DNA of 64,000 nt from Paragordius varius (lineage: Eukaryota > Animalia > Nematomorpha), in NCBI GenBank assembly GCA_964247055.1, contig OZ176051.1, forward strand, positions 11,346,001 to 11,410,000, in the 5' to 3' direction. This document shows, piece after piece, positions 51,700 through 64,000 of this stretch. Within the stretch, counting starts at the first letter, position 1, and each line of letters starts with the position of its first letter. Made by a program: the position numbers and the translations under genes. The notes beneath the pieces are model-generated. The model ran no database searches. It was not told the DNA's origin and saw nothing but the letters and a program-made list of their open reading frames with translations.

Positions 51700-53800
51700 C
51701 AAAGATTCTACCCTAGAAATGGGTTAAAGCTCCCAGCCCGATTATAGTCAACCTTAGCGTCGCAAATTAGAAATGATAGAAGCTTGATGAATATATTGAA
51801 AATTTCCAAATATTATGAAGTCAAAGATATTTCAGTTGAGATAACCCTCAGACTGCTTGCGTATAAAGATTGAATGGGAAAAGTCCAATGCTTTTCCCCA
51901 AAGAAATAAAAGAACACTGACCGAGATTATAGAAAAGTTAAAATTTTAATCCACCTAAGTCAAAGATTCAATGAAATTTTTTTGAGCTTGTGCGCATCTT
52001 GCAATTTCCTAGAGCAAATAAAGATCGGGCGTAACACTAGTAACCTGAAAGAACGTATTCGGTTTTGTTATAAGGCCCAGACTGCCACATCTGGAGATGG
52101 ATATTCACTTTGTATCGACGCGATGATTATGGTAAATACGGTATAACAATGGTAATAATACCAGTAGTTTACGGCACTCAGTGGCAAAACCTATCATACA
52201 TCCTTGCAACCGGTGACAGCACAGCCATGAACTAAATAAGTGTCCTGCTAGCTACACATATAAATTCGGAAAACCGAACCCCTTTGCCAGAGCAAGTCAA
52301 ATAATGCTTCCAAAAGTGTCTCGACCACCAAATCGTTAGAAAGGTAGCACCGTCCCGAAATTCATGGGAAATGAAAATCAAAAATCACCATGAAAAAGAT
52401 TCTATGATAAAGGAGCATACGTGCAATTTTAACATGGTGGGCGTGTGTGTGAGTGTGAACTAATCTCGTATCTCGAATCATTGGGAAACGGTAAAGTTTG
52501 TAACTGGTTTAAGGATTTCGAGCAACCGCTTTCTGGGCCGACCTCTTTTGCGCGTATCACCAACCAGCCCAAGGAACATGTTTTTTCCGGCAAATATCAT
52601 CGTATTATAATTGTCTGTGGATTATCAGATCGTAAAGCAAGAATTGAGCTTTGATGAAAAGAATATGTGAATTGGAAAAGTGGGCTTTACAAGAGATAAA
52701 ATTTTTCATAAACTCAACATTGAAATGAGTTGATGCGAGATTTATCGTTAAATTTCATTTCCGGATTTCAGAACCATAAAGAGCAACGGGATAAATCTTA
52801 GTGTTGGCTAGTTTGGTTAATAGCATTGTGACCGAAGTCTAAGTTTTGGACACGCCCATGGTAGCGCGTATAGAAGCTATGCTCCTAGCCAAAATCCAAA
52901 CGGCCGATGCAACAATGATCGAGCCTAGATATTTGCAATGATCGGGTATGTTTGAGGAGCATTGAGTGATAATGTTAACTGGGAGGCGTTGAATATCATT
53001 ATTTGAGATTTAGATGGGTTCAGCTTCAGACCCACAATCTTGCTTTAATTCTGAGACTATTTGAGAGATAATTCATGACCGGAATCGATTAAATAAACCT
53101 CGTCGGCGTACCGAGATTGCAAACACTAAGACCTCCTAACTCCCTCCAATGTGTTGTAAAAAGTCACAATGAGGATATAGCAGCCGAGGACAAATCCTTG
53201 TTTCTTACGCTGAGGATAGGAAACCATCGCAAACCCTTTTGGGTTTTAATCGCAGATGTTTGCTTAAACAACGATTGTAGCAAAAGTATTATGTGAAAGG
53301 AAACCCGGAAGATTGAATGTTTCATGACAGTCATGGTTGATTGTGTCAAATGCCATACTACACTAGTACCAAGGCAGTCTGTGAGAGCTTACAATAAATT
53401 TTAAACCACACTTAGCCGTAACATAGGTGACAGTTGAATGGAATGGGCAAATTCGGGAGATACAGAATTTTATATGCCTAAGAAGATGGTAAATGCACAG
53501 CTTATTCGATGAGTGGATTGGATTGCGCTATTTAACATCGGCTATGCCCAATTAGGAATTAATTTAAGATAAAATATGAATTTTTATACATGTATTTAAC
53601 GAGGTATTTAGTTGTTACACAGAGCATGTAAACTAAAAGTATGGTCTTGCCGTGTGGTATACATTTTAGTTTTACAGCATTCGATAATTAGATGATAGAA
53701 AGATTAATATAAAAAATAACGGCTCATGAAGCGATTAACAGCTCCTTATGGGAATACCGCAATGCTATCCATATTATCACTAAAGAAGTCCTCTTTCAAT
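51700..53800 (-). mobile_element. Decayed non-LTR retrotransposon, possibly with a C-terminal restriction-like endonuclease; boundaries approximate
   Basis: Minus-strand RT motifs appear in order: AFDTINH (53333-53353), KGLR...ILS, YADE (53099-53110), LNPSKS and KYLG. A downstream SPDVAV (about 52080-52097) resembles the PD-(D/E)xK start. There are many stops and frameshifts. Confidence 0.75.
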
Positions 53801-54491
53801 TATTGTTCAAACGAATACCCTACATCACACTGACCTGGCTAGTGAATCCAAGATTTAAAATTAGTTCCCATATATAATATAATTTTAAATGCGCCAAAGG
53901 GCACAGGTAGTTAATTAATATAAACAAGGAAAAGATAATATCTAAAATGCTTAATAAAATCATAGGGGTTATTAAATAATTAAACCCTATAAATATTCTT
54001 ATAAATGTGTTTTTAATTAAGCATTGTGGTAGGTATTTTTGAAAATTTAACAAAAAGTTTGTTATGTATATTCTAGATATCTTTTTGACTCTTCTGATAT
54101 GTAGATAAAAAGTTTCAGGTTTTGATATTTAGAAGGCTTAAATATATTAAATTTAATTTTTAGTTAAATATATTGCTTTATTTATCATACTTTGATATAA
54201 TTTTCGATTGACTTTTAGTTAATAAATGCGTTCAATTGATCTCTAAAGTGTGATAGTAAATTTTTGATTGACTTTGTGTTAGTTGCAGGTAGAAAATTTT
54301 GGTAAAATGATATAATAAGTATAGGTAAAAGTAATTGAGTGGCCGTTAGAACTTTATATATTGCAATTGTGAAAAAATGTATGTATTGTAAGAGTGCTAA
54401 TTGATTTTTAGTGAAAGATTATAATATCTAAAGGTATATAAAGAGCATATCCTATATAATTTCACAAAATATTTTTTGCAATATAATAATT

Positions 54492-55626
54492 ATGAAATTT
54501 ATATCAGTCATTCTTCAAACACAGGTATATATATTTTATATCCAAATACAATATCCATACATTTCATATTAAGATTCTACTGATTGGAATACAATACCTA
54601 TTAGAAGAAATTTTTCCTATACTGAATCCAAATTATAAACAACTAGTAGTGTTTAACTCTATAAATCCTTTATCAAGTTTTTATTCCTTTTTATATGAAT
54701 CAATTAATTCTGAACATAATTTATTTATGATTTATCACCGAATTATCCTTCATCTTGGATGATTATCTTTCAAAAAGTGCAAAAAGCTTTGGATTATTTA
54801 ATAATTTAATATACGTATCATTATGCTTTTAATGTTTTGTTGTGTTTATATGTATAAATAATGTCATAATTTAATTTTTATATGCGACACGCCATTTAGG
54901 TTTGCACAAAAGTGAATTGTCACAAAACCATGCGGGGCCTTCAACATGTTGGATCCTTCAAACTTTGGGGATAGGTGTCGCTGGACGAGGCAGTTGGGGT
55001 TGGGGAGGAAAACGCATGCACAAGTGGTTATGGGGTCAACAAAAGAGGCGAAGCCCTAAAGATTACGGTCCTCCAAAGTAAAGCAAATTATTTGGCTTTT
55101 TTTATTGAGTTATTGTGCTGACTAGTTAGTGACTATTTATTTTTTGACCACGGTTATTTAAAAAACAGCTGTTTTTGAAAAAATTCTGGTGAAGATTTTA
55201 TTGTTATAAATATATTTTTTGGAAAATATAAATCAAATAATACGCTTATTAAACCATAAAAAATTGTTGAACATGCATCCTTATAACATTATTTGATCTC
55301 GAAAAACACAATGAAGCACTGTGGAATTATTCCATATATGTGACTGGGTCTGACCGGATTTTTTAAAAAGCAGTAAAATGCACAACCCTAGTTGTAATTG
55401 ACTGATTTTTCTATATGTGTGTATATATATGCTTATATTTTAACGTTCATTATTTATGTTTCCAATTAGTTATGATGGGTTTGGGGCTTATGGTGGACCT
55501 TTCTTTGGTGCTTATGGATATGGCGGATATCCAGGATTATACGGGGGTTATGCTGGATTTCCAGGCTTCAATGGTAATTGCATATATGGTATTGGCTATA
55601 GTCCATACTACAGTTGGTATTGCTGA
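54492..55626 (+). CDS. Gly/Tyr-rich, probably secreted structural protein (cuticle/eggshell-like composition); 5' exons tentative
   Basis: Exon 54900-55077 (...GRGSWGWGGKRMHKWLWGQQKRRSPKDYGPP) splices in phase 2 to 55470-55626 (YDGFGAYGGPFFGAYGYGGYPGLYGGYAGFPGFNGNCIYGIGYSPYYSWYC*). A possible start MKFISVILQTQ lies at 54492. Confidence 0.65.
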
Positions 55627-55869
55627 ATTGTACGATGAAAAAAATGGTCAATACATTTAACATGTTACATTTGTGTTTTCCATTTTTATGTATAAAATAA
55701 AATACCATGCTATTTATTGAGATTTGAAATTTAAGATTTATGGTTAACCTTGTAGAGTGATTAATTATTAAACAAAATCATGGCCACTATAATAGGATCT
55801 GATTTATAATGTTTAAATATATTAAAAATCTTTAAGCACATATCCGAATCCGTTTGTAGATCTGGGTAG

Positions 55870-56195
55870 GCTCTTTTTCGTCGACTTTCTTTTTATTATA
55901 ACTCCAATTAAGTGACTCTCAAATTTTATTTTCTCTTATTGTTTTATTTTTAACCTTGCCAGACCATCTTATATTCAACATTCTCCTCCACACCAAATCT
56001 CAAATGCTGCAATCCTTTTTTATCATTCAGTTTTAATGTCCAACTTTCGGCCAGCATAAGTCGCCACCGGAAAAACCATGCATTTTATTACTCTCACTTT
56101 GGTTTTCATAGTGATATCTTTACTTTTTCATAATTTAGTCTTTTGCGCAGCTGACTCTATGGCGGCATTTAATATTTGGCGTGGAGGAGCCGTCT
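55870..56195 (-). mobile_element. 3' fragment of an RTE/BovB-like LINE
   Basis: The minus strand reads KSKDITMKTKVRVIKCMVFPVATY...KRIAAFEIWC.RRMLNIRWS, the typical post-RT region of this clade. Confidence 0.85.
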
Positions 56196-57850
56196 TATAT
56201 ATATATATATATATATATTTAATGGAAAATGCTGGCTTTGAGATCTGGTACCGGAAAACCGGTAGACCCAATCAAATCAAAATATCGAAAAAATATAATC
56301 ATTAATAAATGTCTCGACAATAGCTTCGCCCTTTTTGGAATTAGGTCCCCAGTTCGGGCCTACCCCGTGTAAAAAACAGGTTGAGACATTTTCCGGAGAA
56401 CGTTGGACCATTCAATTTCAAATATGATTTTTGTTTACTTATTTTCGATTGCGCCGAACATAGTCGTCTCACTTTTTTGATTTAGGCCCTCTTTTTACCC
56501 GCTCTCCCCGTAAAATGCTTTTTTTTCAAAAAAAAACAAAATCCACAAAAATAATTTTTTGATTGTATTTTTTGGCCCAAGGTATGAGACTGTAAAAATT
56601 CAATAAGGATTTTTCGTGTTCCCTGTTAAAAAGCAAAAATTTTAGTCAAGCGTTTCTTTGATGATAGCTGCTGAGTAAGGAGTATCTATCATATGTATAG
56701 GATGTTAAAAAATATATGGATAAAAAAACATTATTTATGGAATTTATATATTTATAAAAATGAAAAATGCTGGCTTTGTGATCTGGTACCGGAAAACCGG
56801 TAGACCCATTCAAATCCAAACTTCGAAAAAATATAATCATTAATGAATGCCCCGACAATAGCTTCGCCCTTTTTTGATAAACGGGTTTTTTTTGAAAACA
56901 GAAGTCCACAAAAATCGTGTCTTTGAGACAATTTTCTGGAGAACGTGTTGGACAATTCAATTTCAAATATGATTTTTGTTTACTTATTTTCGATTGCGCC
57001 GAACATAGTCGTCTCGCTTTTTTGATTTAGGCCCTCTTTTTACCCGCTCCCCCCGTAAAATGCTTTTTTTTCAAAAAAAAACAAAATCCACAAAAATAAT
57101 TTTTTGATTATATTTTTTGGCCCAAGGTATGAGACTGTAAAAATTCAATAAGGATTTTTCGTGTTCCCTGTTAAAAAGCAAAAATTTTAGTCAAGCGTTT
57201 CTTTGATGATAGCTGCTGAGTAAGGAGTATCTATCATATGTATAGGATGTTAAAAAATATATGGATAAAAAAACATTATTTATGGTAATCTATATATTTA
57301 TAAAAATGAAAAATGCTGGCTTTGTGATCTGGTACCGGAAAACCGGTAGACCCATTCAAATCCAAACTTCGAAAAAATATAATCATTAATGAATGCCCCG
57401 ACAATAGCTTCGCCCTTTTTTGGAATTAGGTCCCCATTTCGGGCCTACCCCGTGTAAAAAACAGGTTGAGACAATTTTCCGGAGAACGTTGGACCATTCA
57501 ATTTCAAATATGATTTTTGTTTACTTCTTTTCGATTGCGCCGATCATAGTCGTCTCACTTTTTTGATTTAGGCCCTCTTTTTACCCGCTCCCCCCGTAAA
57601 ATGCCATTTTTTTCAAAAAACAAAGTCCACAAAAATAATTTTTTGATTGTATTTTTCGCCTAATTAAACAATGTATTAGTATGAATGCTCCGTTTTAAAA
57701 TTCCTATAAAATCATATCTATTAAATAATGTTTCGAAATTATCCACAAATGTGGATCATTTTATTGTCCCTGATATCAAATAGCCCCCCCTCCCCCCCAG
57801 AAGTCCGGAGGACTTCCTCGGGCTGCGTAGCAACACGAGATTTACGCTAG
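56196..57850 (+). mobile_element. Helitron-like non-autonomous element containing about 2.7 tandem copies of a roughly 540-bp unit
   Basis: The 3' end is ...GCGTAGCAACACGAGATTTACGCTAG followed by T, preceded by a GAAGTCC-GGA-GGACTTC hairpin. The unit marker GCTGGC recurs at 56231, 56769 and 57315. (TA)n flanks both sides, and a canonical A|TC 5' end is not clean. Confidence 0.6.
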
Positions 57851-58674
57851 TATATATATATATATATATATGGAAAATTGGAAATTAGCTTTATAAATAT
57901 GATGTGCCTTTTACAAAGTGGGGTGCTATCCGGATCGCGAAGAGTCGAAAAATATGCATTAATTAACTTTATTGTAAAAATAATTTTTTATTTTGGTTAT
58001 CTTGTGCAATTTAATTTTGTGCGTATACCATATGTTATGTAATATGGCGCCTTTGTTCCCGAAATGGCTTAAAGGGTATTTTATTGGAGTTTTTTAATAT
58101 TATATCGAATTTACCTTATATTTTCATTCTTATATTTTATAAAATATTTAAATATCCATTATTTTGTTCTCGTGTTTTTTTTGATAAAAAAAAACCTCCA
58201 AAATATTAATTTTCATATTAGAAAAATAAGCTCAAAAAATTGTATAAGAGCTGTTTTGTAGGAGTTTTCGTTAAAATGTATGATTCTAAATATACCATAT
58301 CAATGTATTTATATATGTGCTTGCGATATAATATACTTTGCTAATTAATAATAAGCGTCTAAATTGCAAAATCAATATTTTCATATAAAATAAAAATGGT
58401 TAGTTGTTACGAAATTTCGTAAATTTATATATAGGGCTATAAAACCGAAAAAAATTTTTTGTCCAAAAAACTCATGTTAATAATAAATTATTAACTCATT
58501 TGGTTTTATGGAGAAACAATATTTGATTTAATTGAAATAATAAAACCTAGCCTTTTTTAATTTCAAAATTTTATTTTCTGTTATACATGGAATTGGGTTT
58601 TGGACCGGTCAAATCGCTTATGAATGCAGGCAGTGGCGGAACTATAAACATCAGATTCCAGATTTAGGCTAATG

Positions 58675-61033
58675 TAATGTGACCAGATTATTGGAACCCT
58701 GACGCAATACAAAATTAAAACATATTTTGGCTACTTTTTACATCAGATTTCGGTGTGTTATATTAAATGATATTGTTCGTTATTTATAAGCTCATTAGAA
58801 ACATTAAAAATATCCAACAAATAAATTTATTAAAAATTTAATATAAATGTATGTACATATGTTAAATACATGGATATATAATATTATTTTGGTATGTTCA
58901 AAAAATGCTAACAAAATTGTCAAAAACAATATTATTACCAAATATATGATAACAAAAATAGAGGAAAACAATATATCTGGTAGATGTTGCTGTGCAGATA
59001 AAATCACACACGATCTTATGAAAGTTATGTTCCATAGCTTTTGAAAAATTAATGACTATTTGACAGCAGTTAAAACTATGCGTTGATGGAAAAAAAGATA
59101 GGTGAATGGATAAATAATTATAATACCGACTTTGCTACAGTGTAAAGTTCAAAAATAATTCAAATAGTTCTGGGTCTACCCAATCAATGGTAAATGACGT
59201 GACATATAAATTAATAAATAATTATTTTTTTATAATAGTAATAATAGTATCTAAAAAATAATAAATTATATATATTTTTCAGATTTATGTATTTGACCTA
59301 ATAGTTTAATGTTTTAGGAAATTTTATAAAAAGCTTCAGAATTTTCCTCTGTATTATGTTAGACTATTGCAATTGCTTTCAAATTATCTATACCATGCAC
59401 TTCAAGAGTGTCCTTGAACAATTCAAGTTGGTCCTTGTACAGTTCAAGTTAGTCCTTAAATTTTATAAATTTTGATATAACCATAATTTTTGCATTTATT
59501 TTTTTATTTTATTATTTATTAACCTAATTTTCTTTATTTATTATTATTTATTCATTTAAAAATAAAATTTTTTATTGAAAAACAACTTTTTTGTTTCAAA
59601 CTATATTTTTTAATTAAACAAATTTATTGACTTTTAAATGTTTTTAATGAAAAATTTTAATTAATAACCCAGACTTATATATTTTTCATTTCGTGTTAAA
59701 ATCTTATAAATATCCAAAATTATTTTAAGAAATTAATATAGATATACGGTTTCTCAAAGATTAAAAGTTGATATCGATTTAAAATTTGTGTTAAATAATA
59801 GAAAACCGATAAAATAGATGAATTATTTACGATTTGATTGATAAAAGTTAAAAACAAAACAAAACAGTCAAAGGACCAACTTGAAGTGTTTAAGGACTAA
59901 CTTGTATTGTTCAAGGGCCAACTTGAAATGTTCAAAGACACTCTTGAACTGCAAATGGTATATTTAAAGTTGTATTTTTCTGTAGTCCGTATTTTGTTTA
60001 TCAACGAAAAAACCCTTTCAGTGGCCGCATTGGTCCCAGGTAGACACAAAGCTAATTGAATTAAACTTTTTAGATTTTCACACCGTATATTTTGTGTAAA
60101 AAATAGGAAAAAAATTTCTACCCACCTCAAATCAATATTTAAATCCTTTTGAATCCATTCATATATCTTTTCCACGTATAATTTCAAATAAATTTTATCA
60201 AAAAGTTCATTATCATTAAAATTAGAAAAATCATTTGTGTCCGAATTTCATTAGAAAATTTTTTGAAAATGAAATATCTGAAATTTGGCTTAAATTTCTT
60301 CATGGCCAAATATACCCTTTTTAAACTATAATAAAAATTGAAGGAAACAATATTAGTTAAATGGATGTTGCAGCAGAAATAAAATCTTTAATAGACAAAT
60401 GCGCAAAACGATCTTATGAAGGTTATGTTTTCATTATGATTCGTAAAGAATTAAGCTCGAGGAAAATGGATTGATTAACAGAAATACATTTTTAAAAGAA
60501 GTAAAAGCTTTTTTATATTGTTATGATTATTTAACAGCATGGTCAAAGCAGTTTGAAAAAACAGAACATTTTAATTGGGTTCTCCATCGATTGATTGTTC
60601 AAAAAAATATTAAATTGTAAAAATTGAACTGATTTTTGTAATTGCGTTATTAATGAAATTGAACTTTTTGATGAAATAAGTTATTTGTAATTAAACGTGG
60701 AAGAAAAAAAGATACATGAATGGATTCAAAATGATTTAAATACCGATTTAAGGTGGGTTTTAAAATTCTAAAGACCAACTTAAAGTGTTCAAGGACCAAC
60801 TTGAAGTGCAAATGGTATATTATTTTATATATCCATATATTTAACATATGATATAATATGTACATACATTTATATTAAATTTTTAATTAATTTATTTGTT
60901 GGTATTTTTAATTATTTCTAATGAGCTTATAAATAGTAACGATTTAATATAACAAGAAAATCTGGTGTAAAAAATAGGCAAAGTATGTTTTAATTTTGTA
61001 CTGCGTTATGGTTCTAAATATCTGGTGACTTTA
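58675..61033. mobile_element. Rearranged hAT relic with inverted arms of about 210 bp and transposase fragments in both orientations
   Basis: 58675-58880 is the reverse complement of about 60820-61033, and both begin with a GTGACCAGAT-like TIR. The hATC motif LALCLPGTNAATERVFS is on the minus strand (59897..60187), while EWIQ.DL..DLRW occurs on both strands. No TSD was recognised. Confidence 0.75.
59389..59962. mobile_element. TATACCAT-terminus MITE with CAAGTTGGTCCTTG subterminal repeats, nested in the hAT relic
   Basis: Inverted ends TATACCATGCACTTCAAGAGTGTCC / GACACTCTTGAACTGCAAATGGTATA interrupt the transposase frame. A related fragment lies at about 6830-7000. Confidence 0.7.
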
Positions 61034-62674
61034 AAGTAGATATTTTCTGTGGCGCTTTTAATTTTGGGCTTACGGGTAATTTAAGACAGTTACTACCTTT
61101 TATAGTAATTATCCAAAACGAAAATACATTATACAATTTAATATAAAAAATCTATGTCATAAAGATTTATTATCAATTTAGACCCCAAAACTCAATTATT
61201 AATTCAGGGTAAATTTGAGGGTAATTGGTATATACTATATATAATGAATTACACTAGACAACAAATTTTGACTTCTTTTAAGTGTTATTTTTGTAAATTT
61301 AAAATTTATTTCATCAAAGTACATTAATAGAGTATATCTGAAAAAAAATGGTCTAAAACCTACGAATTTTTTTTGGTTTATCAAAATTTTTTGGCCCCGA
61401 TTTAATATTAAGCCCGAAATTTTCAAAATTAAAAGTTTAACGATGCATTATGTATAAGGAGCGCAAAAGACTAAATCTCTTGAATGGAAGTATGTCAACA
61501 AAATCAATCTGATAGAAAAGATTTACCTTTATATGGTCAAAATTTTCAACGCGTAAATAAGTCAAAAATTTTCACAGGCGAACTAATTTAAAAATCATAT
61601 AAATTATTTTAATTTAATTATTATTAGGGTTAAATTAGTAAATAATTTTAAAAAATCTTTGAAAAAGGTTTTGGTCTGCTTTTTAAATAAAAAATCAATT
61701 TTATCAAAATTATTTTACTTAGTGCTAAAATGCATAGTTAACAGTAAATTTATTACTAATAGTTATAAAAGATCAAGAATGTATTTAAACTTTATTTAAA
61801 AACTTTTGATTTAACATTAAAAAAATAAATAATATTGAGGTGACGGCAATTTTTAAAAAACGAAAAATGGCTGTTTTGATGGATATAAAAGTAATAAATG
61901 TTTTTACAAAAAAATTTTGTGTTATCTTATTTAGACATTCATTGCCATCTGTATAAAGTTTGAGCTATTTTCATCCATTATTTCAAAATATAAATGTTGA
62001 CAAAAACCACTCGCCTCGCGGGTTTGTCGTTCCATTAACTGCAAAACATATTGGCATGCATCTATAGAGTTTTCATTACTCTTTCGAATGATATATTACA
62101 AATGGGCATTTGTTGTATATTTTTAGAGAAAAACATTTTTTAACAAAATTTTGAAAAAGAGGGCGCATAATCATAAAAAATCAATTTATATAAATATCTT
62201 AGGTAAAAATGATTATTAATTCGGATTTACAGTTGAAATGATAGTAAATATAAGAAGACAAAAATCGAGCGGCAGAAAAATTTGTTGTCTACTGTTATAA
62301 TATGTGGAATGAAACATTTAGCTTTAAGTAAAAAATAATATAGAATTTTTTTCGCTATTGAATAATACAAAAATGGTAATGCTTTCGTAAATAACTTGAA
62401 AGGAATAATAATTAAAGTATAGAAGCATTCATTTATTATATTTTTTAAACCACCTCGATTCTGTGTGTCATATGCAACAAGACCGCGAAAATCGAAATTA
62501 TGTTTAAATTCTCTATCCAAAAATAGATGGATTTTACACCCTAGTCCGCATTATTTTAATTTAATAATGAAGTTCAGGATTATTTTTTGTAATAATTGTC
62601 AAAAAACTAAACTACAGAATATAAAAAAATTCTATGGAATTACAATATAGAAAATTAACAGCCCAAATATTTGA

Positions 62675-63223
62675 TTAACACTTGGATACAACACATTCCT
62701 TTTAGTCCTTTGATTTAAATTTGGGGTAGTTAAATACCACAAGCTTGTTTAAATTTATATTCTTTAAAAATATGGAAGGAATCGAAAGCATGGCAAAATT
62801 TTGCACTTATATAACATTAATGAACCGAAATATATAAAAAAATTTATTCAAAAATACTTGATATTACTTATTTTAAACTCCGAAAGGTAAATATTTGGTC
62901 AACGTGACATGTTTGCAATGGTAAAATTGAAAAATAACACAAAATAAACCGCTTTTTCTATTTCTATCAATGTTTGATGTAATATATATAAATTGGCTTT
63001 AATTTTACCCTTAAAATTAAATGAGGATGATATTTTGCAAAAATTTTATAAAATAAAAATGGCGTTGAAGTAGTTTGACATGGAACTTTTTTCAAAACAA
63101 AATTTTATTAAGATATTTTGGCATATTTATATGATTTTTATTAGGACAAAAGCATATATTTAAATTGTGACCGTTTCCTTCAGTAGTTTAAAAATCCTAA
63201 CTCAATTTGAATCGAAGTGTTAA
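62675..63223 (-). mobile_element. TTAA-flanked piggyBac-like non-autonomous element, copy 3 (both ends intact)
   Basis: TTAACACTTGGATAC... at the left and ...TTTGAATCGAAGTGTTAA at the right; reverse orientation relative to copies 1 and 2. Confidence 0.8.
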
Positions 63224-64000
63224 TACTACGAGTCATCTAATCCTTATTTTATTTTTTTTTATTTAAAAACAGCCAACCATAAATTTAAATCACAAATTAT
63301 AATGGTTATTAAATATGTTATTTTAAATTAAGCTTATGATAGTTAATTTCATTTTAATTAAAAGATAGACTAATAAATGTGAAAAGCTAAAATTAGCATT
63401 TAGTACACTTAATTAAAAAACGAATTACACTTTCAAGGAAAGTATTTACTTTAACACCTAATTATTTGGTAATATATATTTCAGTTCCACAGCAAATATA
63501 AACTATGAAAATATTGGACAAATTTAAAAATATACACATGGCTTATCAGGGGCATTACATATAAATATGTAAAAATCATCATCTCAAAGTTTTGGCGCTA
63601 AATTTTAAAATCAAAAGTACCCGAAATTTGGTTTAAATTAAGTGTAAATTATTAAAAGCAGTTTTTAATAATTTATCATTTTATAGCCGTTCCATACAGG
63701 GAGTTAAAATTTGGACCAAACTTAAAAAGCTACTTTTTCTATATATGTTTTTGATGTTAAACAATCATATTAATTTTAAAAATTCTATATTTTAGGGCTG
63801 ATCCGAAACAATACTTTATACAAAAATATAAAGGAGGTTAGGGGTTAAATTTGATGCAATTTATTCAACAGATTTTTTACTATTATGGTATAAAAAAAAT
63901 TTTGGACTATATAAAATTGACATATAATTAGATTTAATCAGATATATTTATTTAATGATTTAAAACCGTAATTTAGTAAAAAACCATCGATTTTTTCCAG

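Noticed and set aside
55415-55660. ORF-track frame MCVYICLYF...
   Set aside because: This is the wrong frame; the splice phase and Gly/Tyr periodicity support the other frame.
56078-56966. ORFs 56078..56305, 56646..56966 and 56752..56955
   Set aside because: They are antisense to the RTE fragment or lie within the tandem repeat units.
56222-57660. Tandem array considered as CRISPR-like
   Set aside because: The units are about 540 bp, contiguous and without unique spacers; the context is eukaryotic and there are no cas genes.
62227-62650. Overlapping antisense ORFs (97 aa minus, 61-76 aa plus)
   Set aside because: Possibly a coding or TE fragment, but no motif or exon chain could be supported.
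1-64000. rRNA, tRNA, U12-type introns and prokaryotic or horizontally acquired operons
   Set aside because: None seen. ATATCCTT/GTATCCT hits are not at exon boundaries, and all recognisable genes carry spliceosomal GT-AG introns.

Overview
Very AT-rich, transposon-rich, intron-containing animal genomic DNA; the taxon cannot be fixed from sequence alone. Exons were assembled by hand from GT-AG sites and codon phase, and protein family calls rest on recalled motifs, not database searches. Recognisable genes: GINS3/Psf3 (-) head-to-head with NAXE/APOA1BP (+), an 11-kb RUSC-like RUN-domain gene (+) and NSRP1/CCDC55 (+). Unassigned genes: a coiled-coil protein, a single-pass membrane protein with PY motifs, a Gly/Tyr-rich protein and a 64-aa secreted-peptide precursor absent from the ORF track. 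Mobile DNA: decayed mariner, RTE and other non-LTR elements, hAT elements, a Helitron-like element with a tandem array and several MITE families. The most striking signal is a class of ultra-short (about 21-26 nt) GT-AG introns. They make up all three GINS3 introns, up to four introns of the peptide gene, the first NSRP1 intron and probably the first NAXE intron, and they coexist with ordinary introns of about 60-1900 nt. Second is an RTE insertion with a 13-bp target-site duplication and a twin-priming-type 5' inversion.
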